The translations under genes and the position numbers were made by a program. Of a stretch of DNA of 64,000 nt, positions 39,720 through 53,873 are shown piece after piece. The stretch is from positions 102,736,001 through 102,800,000 of the forward strand of contig NC_045696.1 of assembly GCF_009834535.1 (NCBI RefSeq). The letters run 5' to 3'. The notes under the pieces were generated by a model. That model did no database searches. It saw only the letters and a program-made list of their open reading frames with translations, and was not told the origin of the DNA. This DNA comes from Camelus ferus. Its lineage: Eukaryota. Each line of letters opens with the position of its first letter. The stretch's first letter is position 1.

Positions 39720-41000
39720 TTTTTTTCTGGTATACTTTACAGAGTGAAATGCACAAAATTAAAATTTATATTTTAATGTATTTGACAAATGCATACACCT
39801 GTGTAACTGACACCTCTGTCAAGATGAATATTTCCAGCATCCAGAACATCCCCTCTTGCTCCTTCCTGGCCAGTTCCACATCCCTCCATGGTATAAGCAC
39901 CACAGATTAGTTTTTTCTGTTCTAGAACTTCATTAAAATAGAATAATTTGGAATGTATTCCTTTTTCTTCTTCAGAGTTGACTCAGCTTAATGTTTTTGG
40001 ATTTATCCGTATTGTGTCAGTAGTTTGTTCCTTTTATTACTAAGTATTGTTCCATTGTATGAACACACCACAATTCGTTCATCCATTCTCCTGCTGAGGG
40101 ACATTTGGGCTGTTATGAATAAAGCTGCTGTGAGCCTTCTCGCGTGAGTCGTTTTAGTGCATATGTGTTTTCTTTTCTCTTGCCTAGCTACCCAGGGGTA
40201 GAGCTGCCCTGTCGTGGGATAGGTATATGTTTAACTTTATATGAAACTACCAGATCAGTTTCCAAAGTGGTGGTCCCTTTACACTCCCACCAGCAACGGT
40301 AGAAAGTTCTGTTTGCGCCAACATTCTGGCATTTGATACCATCATCAGTCTTTTTAATTTAAGCTATTCCACAGGATGTATAGTAATGTCTCACTGTGAT
40401 TTTAGTTTGCGTTTCCTTGATGACTAATGAGGTTGAACTCTTTTCATGTGCACATTGGTCTTTCTTTGTAAAGTGTCTGTTCAAGTCTTGTGTCCATGTT
40501 TCTTACCAGATTGTTTGTCTCTTTCAAGTTGTGGGAGTTCTTTATTTATTCTGAATAAAATTCTTTATTAGGTATATGTATTGCAAGTATTTTCTTACCA
40601 TCTGTGGTTTGTCTACTCATTTTATGAGTTTCTTTTTTTCCTTTTGATGGCCAGAAATAGAAAAATATTTGAAGTCCAATTTATCAGTAAAAAGTCTTGA
40701 AGTTAGTCCTTTCTTGCTAACAGGGATTGTAAAGATATTTTTCTATATTTTCTTCTAGAAGTTTTATAGGTTTAGCTTTTATGTATGTCTGTGAACCATT
40801 TCAAGCTAATTTGTGTATGATGGGAGGTGGGAGTCAAGATTCATATTCTTCTGTGGATTTCTAGTTTTTCCAACATCTTTTTTTGAAAAGACTGTCCTTT
40901 TACCCATTGAAGTGCTTTAACACCTTTGCTAAAAATTGATTCACCTTGTAAGCATGTGTCTTTTTCTGGACACTCTGTTCTATTCCATTGATCTGTTTCC
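39720..41000 (-). mobile_element. Old L1M fragment (3' ORF2 and 3'UTR)
   Basis: ttccaaagtgg...tttacactcccaccagca, tttccttgatgactaatgagg, ttttcttctagaagttttatag. Confidence 0.85.
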
Positions 41001-41614
41001 CTATCCTGGTTGTTCTTCTGTTGCTCACAGGAGTCTTTTGGACATGATTATTATGGTGATACCAAACAACAAATTAAGTGAACTCCATTTTTTTTAAAGG
41101 GAAAAACAAGCCTTAGATTAGGTGGTCTTCACATTTCTGTATCTCCTCTTTCTCCCCAGTCACACAAATTATTCTAAGCTCTCCAAACTTAGTTTTTGCT
41201 AATATATTTATATCATGAGTTAATGTTGATTACGTAATATTAGTATTTGCAGTTATTTCTAAAATTTCCCCATGTGTTTAATTGTTGCTTTCTTTCATAC
41301 CTCCTCTGAAAAGCAGTGAGGGGACTTCCATCCTTCACAGGGTGTTGTTTCTTTCTATACTCTGCAGAAATTGTTGCTGATTGTTCCTACCAAAGCATTC
41401 TTTAAGAGGTGCTGTTTTCAGCTCATTGTTATTTTGTGTAGAATAACTTCATCAAACAAAGTTGCTAGGGGGGCCTTGCCTCTACCTCTTGGCATAAAAT
41501 GGATGTATGAAACCAGATTTTGCAGTGTGACTCAAATGCTCATCTTTATTACAAATTAAGTTTTGATGCTTTTCTTTCCGTTTGTAACTGGAAAGTGTTT
41601 TAGGGTGGACAATT

Positions 41615-42440
41615 TAAAACAACAGGCAAAAGATCTGAAAAGACATTTCACCAAAGAAGATACATGAATGGCCAACAAGCACGTGAAGAGATAGATGTTC
41701 AGCATCATTAGTCTTTAGGGAAATGCAGCCCAAACCACAGTGTTACCACTTCACATCCACTAGGATGACTATAATTGAAAAACAGATAATAAAAAATGTT
41801 GAGAATGTGGAGAAACTGGAACTCTTGTACACTGATGGCAGGAATATGAAGTAGTGTAGTAACTTTAGAAAACAGATTCTTTTAAAATTAAACATTGACT
41901 ATATGACCCAGCAGTTGCATGACTCTTACGTGCATGAAAAATGAAAACACACGTCCACATAAAAGTTTGCACAAAGATGTTTATAAAAGCGTTATTAATT
42001 ATAGCCAAAAATTATACATCTCAAGTATCCATCAACTGATGGATGGATAAATAATAAGAGGTATATCATACAATGGACTACTGCTTATCCATAAAAAGGA
42101 ATGAAGTACTAATTCATGCTACAACATGGAAGAACTTCAAAGCCACTATGCTAAGTGAAAGAAGGCAGATGCAAAAGTCCACACATTGTATGATTCCATT
42201 TATATGAAATACCCAGAAAAAGAAAATCTATTGAAACAGAAAGTAGATTGGTGGTTGTGTGAGGCTGGACATGGGAGTGGGGAATGACTGAGTGGGCGTG
42301 AGGAATCTTTTTGGAGTGATGGACATGTTTGAAAATTGGATTGTGTTGATGGCTGCCCAACTCTAAACATTTACTAAAAATCATTGAAATGTACAATGAA
42401 TGAGTTGTAGAGTTTGTAAATTTTACCTCAGTGAATTTTG
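41615..42440 (+). mobile_element. Old L1M 3' fragment
   Basis: gacatttcaccaaagaagatac...catcattagtc...tatgacccagca...tgattccatttatatgaaat. Confidence 0.85.
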
Positions 42441-42786
42441 TTTTTAAGTGTTTTAGGATTGAAACATTCTGGCCTGAATGGGGTCAGAGATATCAAGGAA
42501 ACACCAAGACCCTACCTGGGAACATGGCCAAGTTGGGGATGATAAAAGGAGAACTACTGTATCTGGCACTGTAGGACTTTAGTTTGAAGAATCATTTTCT
42601 TGAATTAAAAACCCACAGAATAACACATCAGCCGTCATTTTATAGGCAGCCAAGGGCTTTGAGGAAAGGGTACTTGGTGAAATGTGGGTTTTCTCATTTT
42701 ATGAATAATCCCAAGGTTTGCAATTGAAGAAATAAGAACGGACAGGGGATGCCATGGAGGAGTGCCAGGCCCTGTTTGAATGTAAT

Positions 42787-43317
42787 TGAGACAGGAAGGA
42801 AGGTGGCAGAGCACAACCACTGAGGCCAGGACATAAACTGGTTAGAACCAACGCCACCCAAGATGGCAGAAGGTTTGATTTCCAGGAAACCTTGAGTCTC
42901 ATTATAGGTTCATTGTAATACATAAGCATGCTAAATGACACACTCACAGGCACCATGACTGTTCCCAGGCTGACCATAAAAGGCTAAAAAGTAGACAGGG
43001 CTCAATTCCTGGAAATCCCTGCCCCTTCCCCCAAATAGTTGGAGTAATCCTCCCACTTGTGAGCGTATGAAGTTACCCAGCCCATAAAAACAAGCCACCC
43101 CTGCACCCCAGGGCCACTCTCATTGTCCGAGACCACTCCATCTCCTGGGGCCTCTCTGGCCTTCTGAGATGGCCCACACTTTGTCTGTGGAGTGTGTATC
43201 TTCCTGAATAAATCTACTTTCACTCTACTGTGGCTTGCTCTTGAATTCTTTCCTGCGTGAAGCCAAGGACCCTCAGAGTGACAAGGCCATCCTGTCACAC
43301 CCCATTTTCTAGCAACA
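42787..43317 (+). mobile_element. ERV1-like solo LTR (MER41-like layout)
   Basis: tgagacagg...agcaaca termini; AATAAA at 43207 followed by an R/U5-like ctcttgaattctttcctgcgtga; flanks taat/taag; similar to 53874-54463. Confidence 0.8.
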
Positions 43318-43956
43318 TAAGTACCTCTACCTTGCCATAACTTTCCAAGCCACCTGTGCCAGTCATACACAGTCTGGACTAGTGAGTTTGTTCTAAGCCT
43401 CTCTCCACTTTTCTTCCCATCCACTAGTGCCTTCTTTTTATGATTTTTTCCTAAATGTGCTGTTGTCACAGAACATTTCATTTAAATGTCACACCATCTG
43501 AGCAAAATGATTTGATGTCTTTTCTCCTGCTGACTAAACTCTCTTCTGGGAATCCTGGGCTTTTTTACTTAAATAGCATGTCAGTTTATCCATTTTTCTT
43601 TTGGTTTTAATTTCATTTATGTTTTTCGAAAAGCTTACTTGGGGGATAGGGGTCCGAGTGGAGGAGAATTTATAAGCAGAGTTAGCTAGGAGGTTGGCAA
43701 GCTTGGAGATACGGTCGTGGAAATAATGGAGGTGCCGCCTCTGTTTACGCTGCTAACCACCGTCCCAAGGACGATGTGCCCTTTGGGTTGTGGCTTCTGG
43801 CATCTCTGAGTCCCTCACACACCCTGTTTCTCTCTTGCTCTCTCCTTGTGGCTTCACATTTGTGAGACATCTGGCTAGAGTAAGAGTCATCTGTGGCCTC
43901 AGACTGTTTTCTCTTGTAAAACTTTTCCATGCCCTCTTTCTTGAGAGAACCACACC

Positions 43957-44091
43957 TTTTTTTTTTTTTTTTGGAGGGGGGAGGGTAATTAGGTTTATTT
44001 ATTTACCTATTTAATGGAGGTACTGGGGATTGAACCCAGGACCTCATACACACTAGGCATGCACTCTAGCACTGAGCTATACCGCCGTCCC
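43957..44091 (-). mobile_element. tRNA-derived SINE (Vic-1-like) with TSD
   Basis: SINE motif with poly-T; flanking agaaccacacc / agaactacacc. Confidence 0.9.
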
Positions 44092-44967
44092 AGAACTACA
44101 CCTTTTAAAACCGTTTTCCTCCCTCAAACTGTCATTCCAACTGCCTTTTGATACTGAAACATATACCTCTAAACTTGTCATACTTGAAAGTGAACTTATT
44201 ACACCCTCTGTCCCTCCCCCTCTTTCCTCTACAACAAAATAACACAAAAGCTTTCTCCTTCTCACTGCCTTTCTAACGTGGATGGTGCCCATAGGGCCTG
44301 AAGCCTCCAGATCACTTTTCATGACGTTCCTCTTCCCTGTCCCCTTCTCTCTTGTCTCCGCCACCTTACGTGAACCCAGCTTTCCTATGCAGATGCTCAC
44401 TGTGAAATGAAAACAACGAGCTGTCGGGTTTTTTGCCTACCAGATGGGCGGGTATTGACAATACCAGTGGAGTTAAGGGTGTGAAACTGGGAAGGTGAAT
44501 TAACTCAGCTTTTTTTGGATGTATTCTATAGTGATCTAAAATGCCCATACTCCTTGACTCAGCAAATCCACTTCTAAGAATTCATTCTACAGAAATACTC
44601 TGTTAAACACAGAACGATTTATATAATTGTGATCATTATAGCTTCATTTACAGTAATGAAGAATTAGAACATACTAAAGGCAGAAAAATAATGTGATTGT
44701 TTCTGTAAATTATGGTACCAGCATACATTAGCATAAATAAAGCCATTGGAAAGGGTGATATAGCTGTCTTTCAGTTCTTTTGAGTCCTCCATGGCATCGA
44801 GCATAATTCTTGGTATTTGATAAGTGCCTAATAGAATCTGGCTTCTGTTTTTCAAATGTACTCTTCTATGTAATTTTATAATGGTATACATAACATACTC
44901 TTACAAATAACCTTAGAATATAGTGTCATATCATTCCTACTACTTCTTAATAAAAATCACCTTAGTG

Positions 44968-47320
44968 ACTTCTGGTTAAGCATGGTAGATTAAACACATG
45001 TGTTTATCTCTGCCACCTCTCAAAACCCCACCAAAATTACAGTAAGGAAATTAAAAAATGTAAATCCACAAAGACAAAGGGAACTGAAATGGAAGGAACA
45101 GTAGATGAGAGATACCAACACAATTTTGGAAGATAAGAAAGCAGATGGTCAGTGGTAACTGAATTAGCAAAGGAGAGAGAATGAAATCATGTCAGCCAGA
45201 GCAGGTGGGGAGCGGTGCCACCCAGAAGCAAGCTGATTTGTGCCATAGAATCCCTGAAAGGCTTAGAAATTGGGGGCACCAGGTTTCTTGGATGAAGCAG
45301 AGCAGGGGTTAAAAACTGGAGTTACATTTGAAAGCCTTTTAAGAGCTGCTAACCTCCTAGGGTCCCTCCTCCATTCCAAGTAGCCAGGGGGCCGCCTCCC
45401 TTTCCTGTTGCTCCACCCCACTGCCATCATGGCAGGGCTTCTACTCTGGAACCAGAGGGCTTCTGGACTTGAGAACTGCAGGTCCAGCAGAAGGGACCAG
45501 GCCAATGTGTGGCACTGAAAACTGGGTAATTAAAGTCTACATATTGCATGGGGAAGGCTTCCCAATCCACCTTCCCCCTGTTCCTCCTGTGCAAGCTGCA
45601 GCAAGGTCTTTACTCCTTGGGTAAATCACTGAAGGATCTTAGAGAAAATGAGCAGCCCAGAGGAAGGACCTCCAGACAGTGACTTTTGGAGGGTGCAACG
45701 AAAAAGCCAGTCTGTCCCCAGTTACACTGTGGTGATAAGCCCTGCCACAGACCTTCCAGTCAGCCTCGCCTCAGCTCTGAATATGAATAGACCATCAAGG
45801 GTTCCCAGACATTTGAAGGAACCCTCTTACATGAATGAGTGGACCCCCAAACAGACAGAAACCAGAAACTCTCAGGAAACAGAGACAGTGCAGATGGTAG
45901 AAGAAAATTTCAAAATGTGTATGTGTATATTTGCATATTTTTAAAATATGTGTGTATGTATATATATACATAGTTAGTGGTGGTACCTGAGGATTGCATC
46001 CAGGACCTCATGCATGCTAAGCTCTACCACTGAACTATACACCCCCCGACCCCGAAAATTTCAAAATGAATGTTGTTATCCTCAGAGAGATCAAAAAAGA
46101 TGTTGTTTAAAAAAAAAAAAAGGATATTGTTCATGTAAAATAAAACCAAGATGCTAAAAAAAAAGAAAATAATAAGGTAAGAAAAACACTCCTGGAAATT
46201 ACTAACTTGGTAGAAATGAAAAAATTGAGAAGGACCGTGAGATAAATTTGAAGAAGACACTCAGAAAATAGAACAAAGGAGAAGAGATAGAATATTAGAG
46301 GAAAAGGATAAGAAAGTTAGAGGACCGAGGAAGCCCTGATGTGACCAAGGAGAGTTCTAGAAAAAGAGAACAGAGAATATGAAGGGGATGGAATTATCAA
46401 AGAAATCATATTCAGTACAATGAATAGAAAAAGACAAACACCAAGGCATATCTTTGTTAAACTTAGACAAGAAAGCTTCTGGAGGCAGGGAAATTACATA
46501 GAAAGGGAAAAAGAACATTAGCCTATTGGAAGCCAGAAGGCAGTGGAGCAATGCCTTTAAAATTCTAATGAAATTTCTTTTTAAGCTACAATTCTATACC
46601 CTGCCAAACTGGCAGACAAATGTGAGCACAGAATAAAGGTGTTTTTAAGAAATGTAAGATCTGAAACTTTGTATCTCTGAACACCCCTTGTAAGAAAACT
46701 ACAAGAGGATGAGCTCCAGAAAAATGAGGGAATAAAGCAAGCAAGAAAAAAGATACAGGAGCCCCGTGGGGATTTTCTAAGTTGATGGTGAAGCAGAGTC
46801 CCAGCCTACCAGCTGTGCAGCAGGCCTTGAGAGTGGCCAGGCCAGACTGGAGAGAGAGAGAGAGGTCAGAGTGGTGGAGGGCCCTAGAATCAATGTTTCC
46901 AAGAAGAAAATGGAACTGATAGGCCATTATTCAGAGGGGTTTTAGTGCCAGGCAAATGGAAGACAAAGGAAACTTAAAGAACAAGGCAATTTATTTGCCC
47001 TAGGGAAGACATAAAACTGTGCAAGAAATGGAACTTGTTCAACAGTGAGTAATATTTATGTGGTCATAGTAATGGAAATCCTGGATATTGATTTAACCAG
47101 AATTTTGGTGGAGGAACAGAGGCAATAATAGTGAGCAAAGAGATAAAGTTTTAAAAGGATAAATCAAGATACAGCAGCACAAGCATTTTATTAAGAAGCA
47201 TTTTATTAAATGCCAGATGAAACAGTAAATTGGTTGTCCCTGAGAGGCGGGAATCAGGGATAGGAAGAGAGACAGGACTTTATTTTCCATTAAAGCCTTG
47301 TGGTGCTATTTTAAATGATA
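44968..47320 (+). mobile_element. HAL1-like (ORF1-only L1 relative) fossil, largely complete
   Basis: 5' gacttctggttaagcatgg...; decayed ORF1-like region (gaagccagaaggcagtggagcaatgcctttaaaattct, ttctataccctgccaaact); followed by cagctgtgcagcaggcc with no ORF2 sequence. Confidence 0.6.
45919..46053 (-). mobile_element. tRNA-derived SINE (Vic-1-like) inserted into the HAL1-like element
   Basis: SINE core with a degenerate (TA/TG)n tail; flanking gaaaattttcaaaatg / gaaaatttcaaaatg. Confidence 0.8.
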
Positions 47321-50300
47321 AACTATGGAACTGAACTTTGGGGATAAAAGAATTAGGTTCAAAAGCAATTTTTGTTCTTTCTGTAACAACCTAAGGCGGC
47401 CATGTGAACCCTGCTTCTTACTCCTGCAGGAGAACAGTGGATGCTCACATTTGCATCTGTTCTGCTTGAAATGTGTTTATTACCTTCCTGTGACTTCTCT
47501 CATCCCAGAAGGGAAGGGCTTTCTGTTTCATTCCTAGTAAAATAGTAGAATTTTGTGTTCCTGGGCCATTACAGATTTCTCAGATTTCACACATGACAAA
47601 AGTATTTTCTTGAAAATTTCATAGCAGATTTTTTTTCCTTTAGATCATTACATAGAAATCAGTGCTGTCCTGTAAAAGCTTTGAAAGAAATTACACCCAC
47701 AGGTCATTAAGAAGAAAACAAGGGTGCTGTAGGACAAAAAGGCCCCCTGCTAACAAAAAAGCAACCCTGGCTTTTATGTGCTGTACTCTTTTTTTTTTTT
47801 TAAACCTTCATTGTGGTATATGGTTCCTGTGTAGTAAATTACACATATTTCAAACGTACAATTTGATGAATTTTGGTAGATGTACTCTTAATCCCAGCTG
47901 TCAGCATGTACCAGTGGCTTAGAGGAGAGATGCTTTTTCTCCAAGAATCTGCACCAGTCATGTTATCCCATTCTGGATTAACTCCTGTTGATGACTTCTG
48001 GAGAACTGAAAAAATATCCTGAAATGACTTACGTACTTTTTTCCATCTTTTTTGCAGGCTTGAAGAAATTGGCTAGATTTAATTTCTATGACCTATCTGC
48101 AGTTTTCTTTCATGAAACACATCTAGGAAAAAGCAATGAATATCCTGACTTAAAAAAATATAGAATCTAGTATATGCAGATTGAGTGATTATAACAAAGC
48201 AGGCTGTTTGGGATGGGCATTTTTACAAAGTTCTGGTGCCATCTCTCACATGCTTCATTGGAGCCCCGACTTGCCCTAGGGAGGCACCGCCAGGTTCCAG
48301 GGCACATGGACCCTCAAAGTTGAGGTTTAATCGTTGCTGGCTGTATGTCCCTGTGCCGGCAGCTGCTGTTTAGCGAGTACTTACTGATTTGCAGAGCAGA
48401 TAATCAAATGGCATAGAAAGTCCTCAAACTATTCACAGATCTGAGACTAACATGAAGATAAAAAACTCTTCTGCATCTCCAGCCTCATCTTCACTGCACT
48501 TTTTTGATGCCAGGCCTCCAGCTGCAGGTGGGTTCAGACTCAGACACAGTGAATCCAAGTCCTGCCCGTGAAGGGTTCACAGCCCACCTGGGGGCAGGGA
48601 ACACACCCCTGACCCTGTGGGACTCTGTGGGCCCCGTAGATGCTGTGGGATCTACCAAAAGAGAGGGGAGAGCAGCAGAACCTTGGACCCTGGGAGCGGA
48701 AAGGGGGAATGTACCGTCCCCCTGAAGTGTGCACATTGGTCGAGGAGAGGGAGGCTGGTGAGTTTTTAGAGAGGGTGCATTTGGCCCAGACTTTGAAATT
48801 GGGGTGGCAGTCTATAGTCTGAGATAGTCTGAGACAGAGAGGGAGGATTCCAGGCAGGAGATGCACACAGGATCTCCTGGAGGTGGGGAATGAGAGGGGC
48901 TGGTGTGCTTGAGGATGGGTAGATTCGAACCCAAGATACAAAGGATTGGGGTGAGGGACGGGGAAAATGAGACCAGAATGTCAGAGGGGTGGGCCTTACA
49001 CACCATTATTCTAAGGAGTTTGGACTTCATTCTGCAGGTGACAGGAAGCCATTCTGTTATCCTTTCATCCTTTTATCCACTCAGCAGCTGTTCAGTAGTC
49101 AACCTATAGTTTCTAACAGGACAGCTTCAAACTTCAGAGGAGGAGCCCAGATGCCCTGAGGCCAGGATGCCCAGGTGTCCTCATTTGCCCTGGACAGTTC
49201 CAATAGGTAACTGTCATTTAGGGCATCTCTTGTGATTTACCGTTTGTCATGGATTATTCATTGTTTTAAAAGAAATATTACTCTGAAGAGTTGCTTTAAA
49301 ATAATCCAGGATCAGTTTGGTAGAGCATCCCTTTGTGTTTTCGTCTTCGGCCGTGCTCATGTCTAGAAGCGCGTTCTACACATATGCAGTGCCCAGAGTT
49401 CTCTCTTCAACACGGGTTAAATGTGAGACAATTAGTGAGAACCATCTCTCTTTTGCCAACACAGTTAAGACCTTCCAAGGACAGCATTTGGGACATGCAG
49501 CAATCACATGTAGTAGCTCGGGCATTAGGCACAATGTTCAGCTACTCCTTCCAGTCTTGGGGCGGCGGGGATGAGTATTTGCTGCTTCTGCTCCCGTCAG
49601 CCACATGGCACCAGTGCTGTGGTTGTTGCTGTGGCCAGTGGGATGCTTGAAGCCACCGAGCTGTCAGTTGGCTGGTTCGATGGACAAAATGGCAGGTGTC
49701 GGTTCGTTGTACGTGAAATACATGCTGGAAATGGAGTGCTGTAAAGTAGTCTGAGTGCTCTTGCTGGGGCAGTTGCATTATTTATAGCTCGGTATAAATC
49801 TACGGCTCTCTGTTTTATAAATCTATCTTAGTGTTCGGTAGTGCTTTTTAAACTTTATTGTAGGGTAAGTCTGTTTTATTTTTCAGTAAACCCCTTGAGG
49901 AACAAACAGCTAAAAAGACAGCTCATGTTTGGTGAAAACGTTAGTAGTGAATTTCTGGTTCTCAAGAAGGTTGACGATGGATGCATGATGTGGTCAGATT
50001 TGTCATCACCTACACCCACGGGAGGGACCTAGTGATACCCTGAGCCACAGGAAAACCAGAAGAGGCACCTCTGTGAAAAGGATTACCTACATTTACACCT
50101 GGCTATAATTTCTCCACCCCCACAAAACCTAAACCGGCAGCTCTCTGACCAGTTGCCTGTCTTGCAGTCCTGCTCGGATTCCCTCAGAGTTCCTGTTGCT
50201 CTGGGTTCTGCCCTGTTGTTCCTTCACTTTTTTCCCATCTGCGTTTCCCCCTTGGCAGACTTGAGTTCAGTAGCGCTCTCAGTGCTGAGAGGCACCCTCC

Positions 50301-50754
50301 CCTGACTTCTTCTTCACTCTGAGGCTTAAGACATGTGACCAGCTTCTTGTTCATTTCACAGCCAGGTCTTCGGTCAGAAAATCCATTTCTCTTCTCAGCT
50401 CAAGAAGTTCTCATGGCTGCCGCCTGCCATCTTCCCTGAGCGGACAGCCTCAGATAAAGGAGTCAGGGGTCGTGATGGTGGTGCTCGAGGTGCTTGTTAG
50501 ACTTTGCAGGGGCTGTTCATTTACGGCATGTACCTCGGTGATGCCTACTGAATTTGCTCGCTTTTGTGATTGCTCCAAGTTGTCTGTCGCCCCTCTTGCT
50601 ATTCATGCGGCCTGAGACTGTGTCTGATTTGGGGGGGGGCATATTACAGTGCTGATTTGTATAGAACTTATAGACACCAAAAAAACAGCAGAGATGTCTT
50701 CAGAGTTGCTTGTCACAGAGCAGCTGGTTGAGGACAACTGGCACATGTCACTTT

Positions 50755-50911
50755 CTATTTTTTAAAAAAAATTTATTTATTTATTTATTTATTTAGGTGG
50801 GGGGAGGTAGTTAGGTTTACTTATTCCGTTTATTTTTAGAGGAGGTACTGGGGATTAAACCCAGGACCTTGTGTATGCTAAGCATGCGCTCTACCACTTG
50901 AGCTCCCCTCC
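50755..50911 (-). mobile_element. tRNA-derived SINE (Vic-1-like)
   Basis: gaggaggtactggggattaaacccaggacc...ctctaccacttgagct with a (TTTA)n tail. Confidence 0.85.
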
Positions 50912-51330
50912 ATTTGTTAATCAGGATAATTAACCCAAAGTGCAGAGCTGAAACAAACAACCCCCCAAATACCAGGGGCCTGACTTAGACAGCACACGGT
51001 TATTTCTTGCTCCCTTCACAATCCAGTGCAGTTGGGTGGCTGTCCTGCACAGCTCTCCTTTGAGCACTAACTCCTGTGTGGCTCTGGCATCTCCTACAAC
51101 CTTCCTGTTTCCTCTGTTGAGCCGCCTCCTTAGAGCAAAAACAGAACTCCAAAAGGATTGCACAGAGCACTTTTATGGCTGGGCCTGGAAGTGGGCACAT
51201 CACTTCCACCGCCATCCCACTGACCAGGAACTGGGCGCCTGGTGCCAGCCTAGCTGCATTGCGGGCTAGGAGATGTCGACTTCCTGCATGCCCGGGGACA
51301 GGAAACTAGAGTGGTGAGCAGCAACTCAGC
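50912..51330 (-). mobile_element. MaLR (MLT1-like) LTR fragment
   Basis: ggcctggaagtgggcacatcacttcc...cctagctgca...ggctaggagatgt resembles reverse-strand MLT1. Similar fragments lie at about 22820-23140 and 7430-7790. Confidence 0.55.
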
Positions 51331-53873
51331 CTCCGCCAGAGTCAGGCCATGGGAGACACGGGGGTAGAGGTCAGGAGACCTAGGCTCTGCCCCGACTTGC
51401 TGGGTGTCTGTAGGTAAGTCATCATGGCCACTTCCTTCCCAGAGGGGTGCTGCTACTGCTTGCCTCGTACCTGTTAGTAAGTTTACATTGTTGTGTAAGC
51501 GTATGTGCGAGTACTAGGAGTCGTAGTCTGCACTGTTTTCTTTTAAGTTAAGATTTAAAGGATCCAAGACATTTATTCAATAACTACTTTTTGAACTCCT
51601 GTAATAGCTAGGTATTGGACTGGCTATGGACAATCTCTGATCTCTGGATGGAACATTCTGGTGGAGAGCCAGATGATAAGGAATCGATAAAGAAACAATC
51701 AATAAACATGGTGATGTGGTCTCCATGGTCTAGAGCAATGGATGGGCTCGGGATGGCCTCTCTGGAAAGGTGACACTGAGCTAAGATCTAAATGATGAAG
51801 TAGAGGAGACAGATGATTAGGGAGGGGAGTGTGCCAAGCAGAGGGGCCAGACTGTGCAAAGGTCCTGAGACAGAGAAGCAGCTTGGAAGGCTTCTTGAAC
51901 AGCCAGATTATTGCATGAGAGGGAAAGATGATGTCAGAGAGCGAGCCAGGGGCCATATTCTTCAGGGCCTTAAGCCTCTCTGTGCCTCAGTTTCCTCACC
52001 TGTAAACTGAAAAACTGGGCTAATATCAACTTCATAGGGTTGCTGTAATTAAATAGAATAATATGTGTCAATTGCTTAGAAAAATCCCTGACATCTGATA
52101 CACACTACGTAAGTGTGTGACTATAGGTACAGTGAGGATTTTATTCCAGGAGAGATGAGAAAGCTTTGGACAGTTTTCAGCAGGGGAGTGTCACCCCATC
52201 TCCATGGGTGCTGATGGGCTGGGCTTGAGGCGCTGGGCATTTCCACCCTCCTTCCAGACATGAGGGTGTAAAGGGTTTTTTGGGTAAAAATCCCCAACAA
52301 AAAAATTTTTTCCCCAAACATCACATGTTATTCCCCTTAATCAAAATGTACGTTTTATTTTCCAAACATTTTTAAGATTCCATCTTTAAAAAGGGGAATA
52401 TTTAAATATACACGAATAAGATCTTGAAGTGTAGCCAAATATTTGTGCATAATTTGTACATAAATTTCCCTGGATTACATTTGGGGGTGTAGGGGAGCTG
52501 ACACAGAGCTGCCATGCCTCTTGAACTTGATGTAAATAAAATGTGGCCTGCACCGTAGAACACGCTTTCCCAAAGGGCTGTTTGTGGAAGAGGAGGATCT
52601 TAGATTAAAACGATTGCTTTAAAAAAAATCAGGTAGGCTGCAGGAATAGATCGTTTTGCTCAAATTAGTAAATGATGTGTTGGGGGCAGAAAGCTGCAGA
52701 CACAAAGGAGCACTACCACTTCTACAGAAATCTCCTCCTCCTCACAAATGAAGCTGGCTTCTATCTGCGTTTGCTCATAGTATCCTGAAAATGCAAACCA
52801 GCAGCTTAGAATGCAATTCCCCTTTCATTCTCTGGCAGCAGCCTTGCCATTGGCATCGAGTGATTTGGCACGTTGGCCTGTGACCGTAGGCACATCCCAG
52901 GGGCCGTGGGGTGAGCTGAGGTCATGGCTGCAGTCCTGGGCTTTGGCCCACACAGGACTTGGCCACTGATAGGGAAAAATGTGAACACAGAATTCTTTTT
53001 CTACAGGCAGATAACAGATCCCCTGGTCAATATAATCTCACAAATCAGTAACCTGGTCTATTTTGCTACCAAAAAATTGTCTTGATTGAGTTTCTGCATT
53101 AAGTGTTAGCTTTTACAGGAGATTTAAAATATAAAGTCTCCCCAAAGATACGTATCTTCTCTTTTGTAAAGAATGACCTAGAAAGGAGAGGGGCATTCTG
53201 GAGTTTTGCTGCTGGATGGAATATGAACTATTAGAACCCAAGAGGTGCTTTGTCCAGGATTTGTGCAAAGCAGCTGGCGTTCCATTTAGCTCTTGGTGGG
53301 TTCATTCATTTCATACATCTTTATGATGCACCTGTGCGCGGGGCCACGCACTGCCTAGAAGCTGGGGGTGCAACAGGGAATGAGGCACGAGAGATCCTTG
53401 CCTTCTAGAGCTCCATCTTTCAGGGAAAACAGAGGGAGTGAGCAAGTAGGTACGTTGAACCATCCAGCGCTCACAGACCCGAGGGGTGGGCTGCTAACTG
53501 GGCAGCACCCATTTTGAAAGAAGGAGGTGGGAGGGTCTAGAAGTGCCTCCAGGGAGATGTGACCTTGAGACTGAGACCCTAAGCCAGAATGAGAGAAAGA
53601 CAGAAATGGCAAAGTGATCTAGGCAGAAGGAATAGCTTGTGAAGGCCCTGCTGTTGTTGTTTTTCTTTATTTCTCCCCCTTTTTTTCTTCTTCACCCAGA
53701 AGATTCAAGGATGCTGAGGTTGTAAAGTGATACGTACAGCATTGTTCCATTTTCATTAATTTTTAAAACAGGTACGAAAACACACTTATATATTTTGCAT
53801 GGATACATACTTATGTATATAAGAGTATTTTGAACAGACACAGAAGAAAACACTAAATTTGTGGTAGTGGTTG

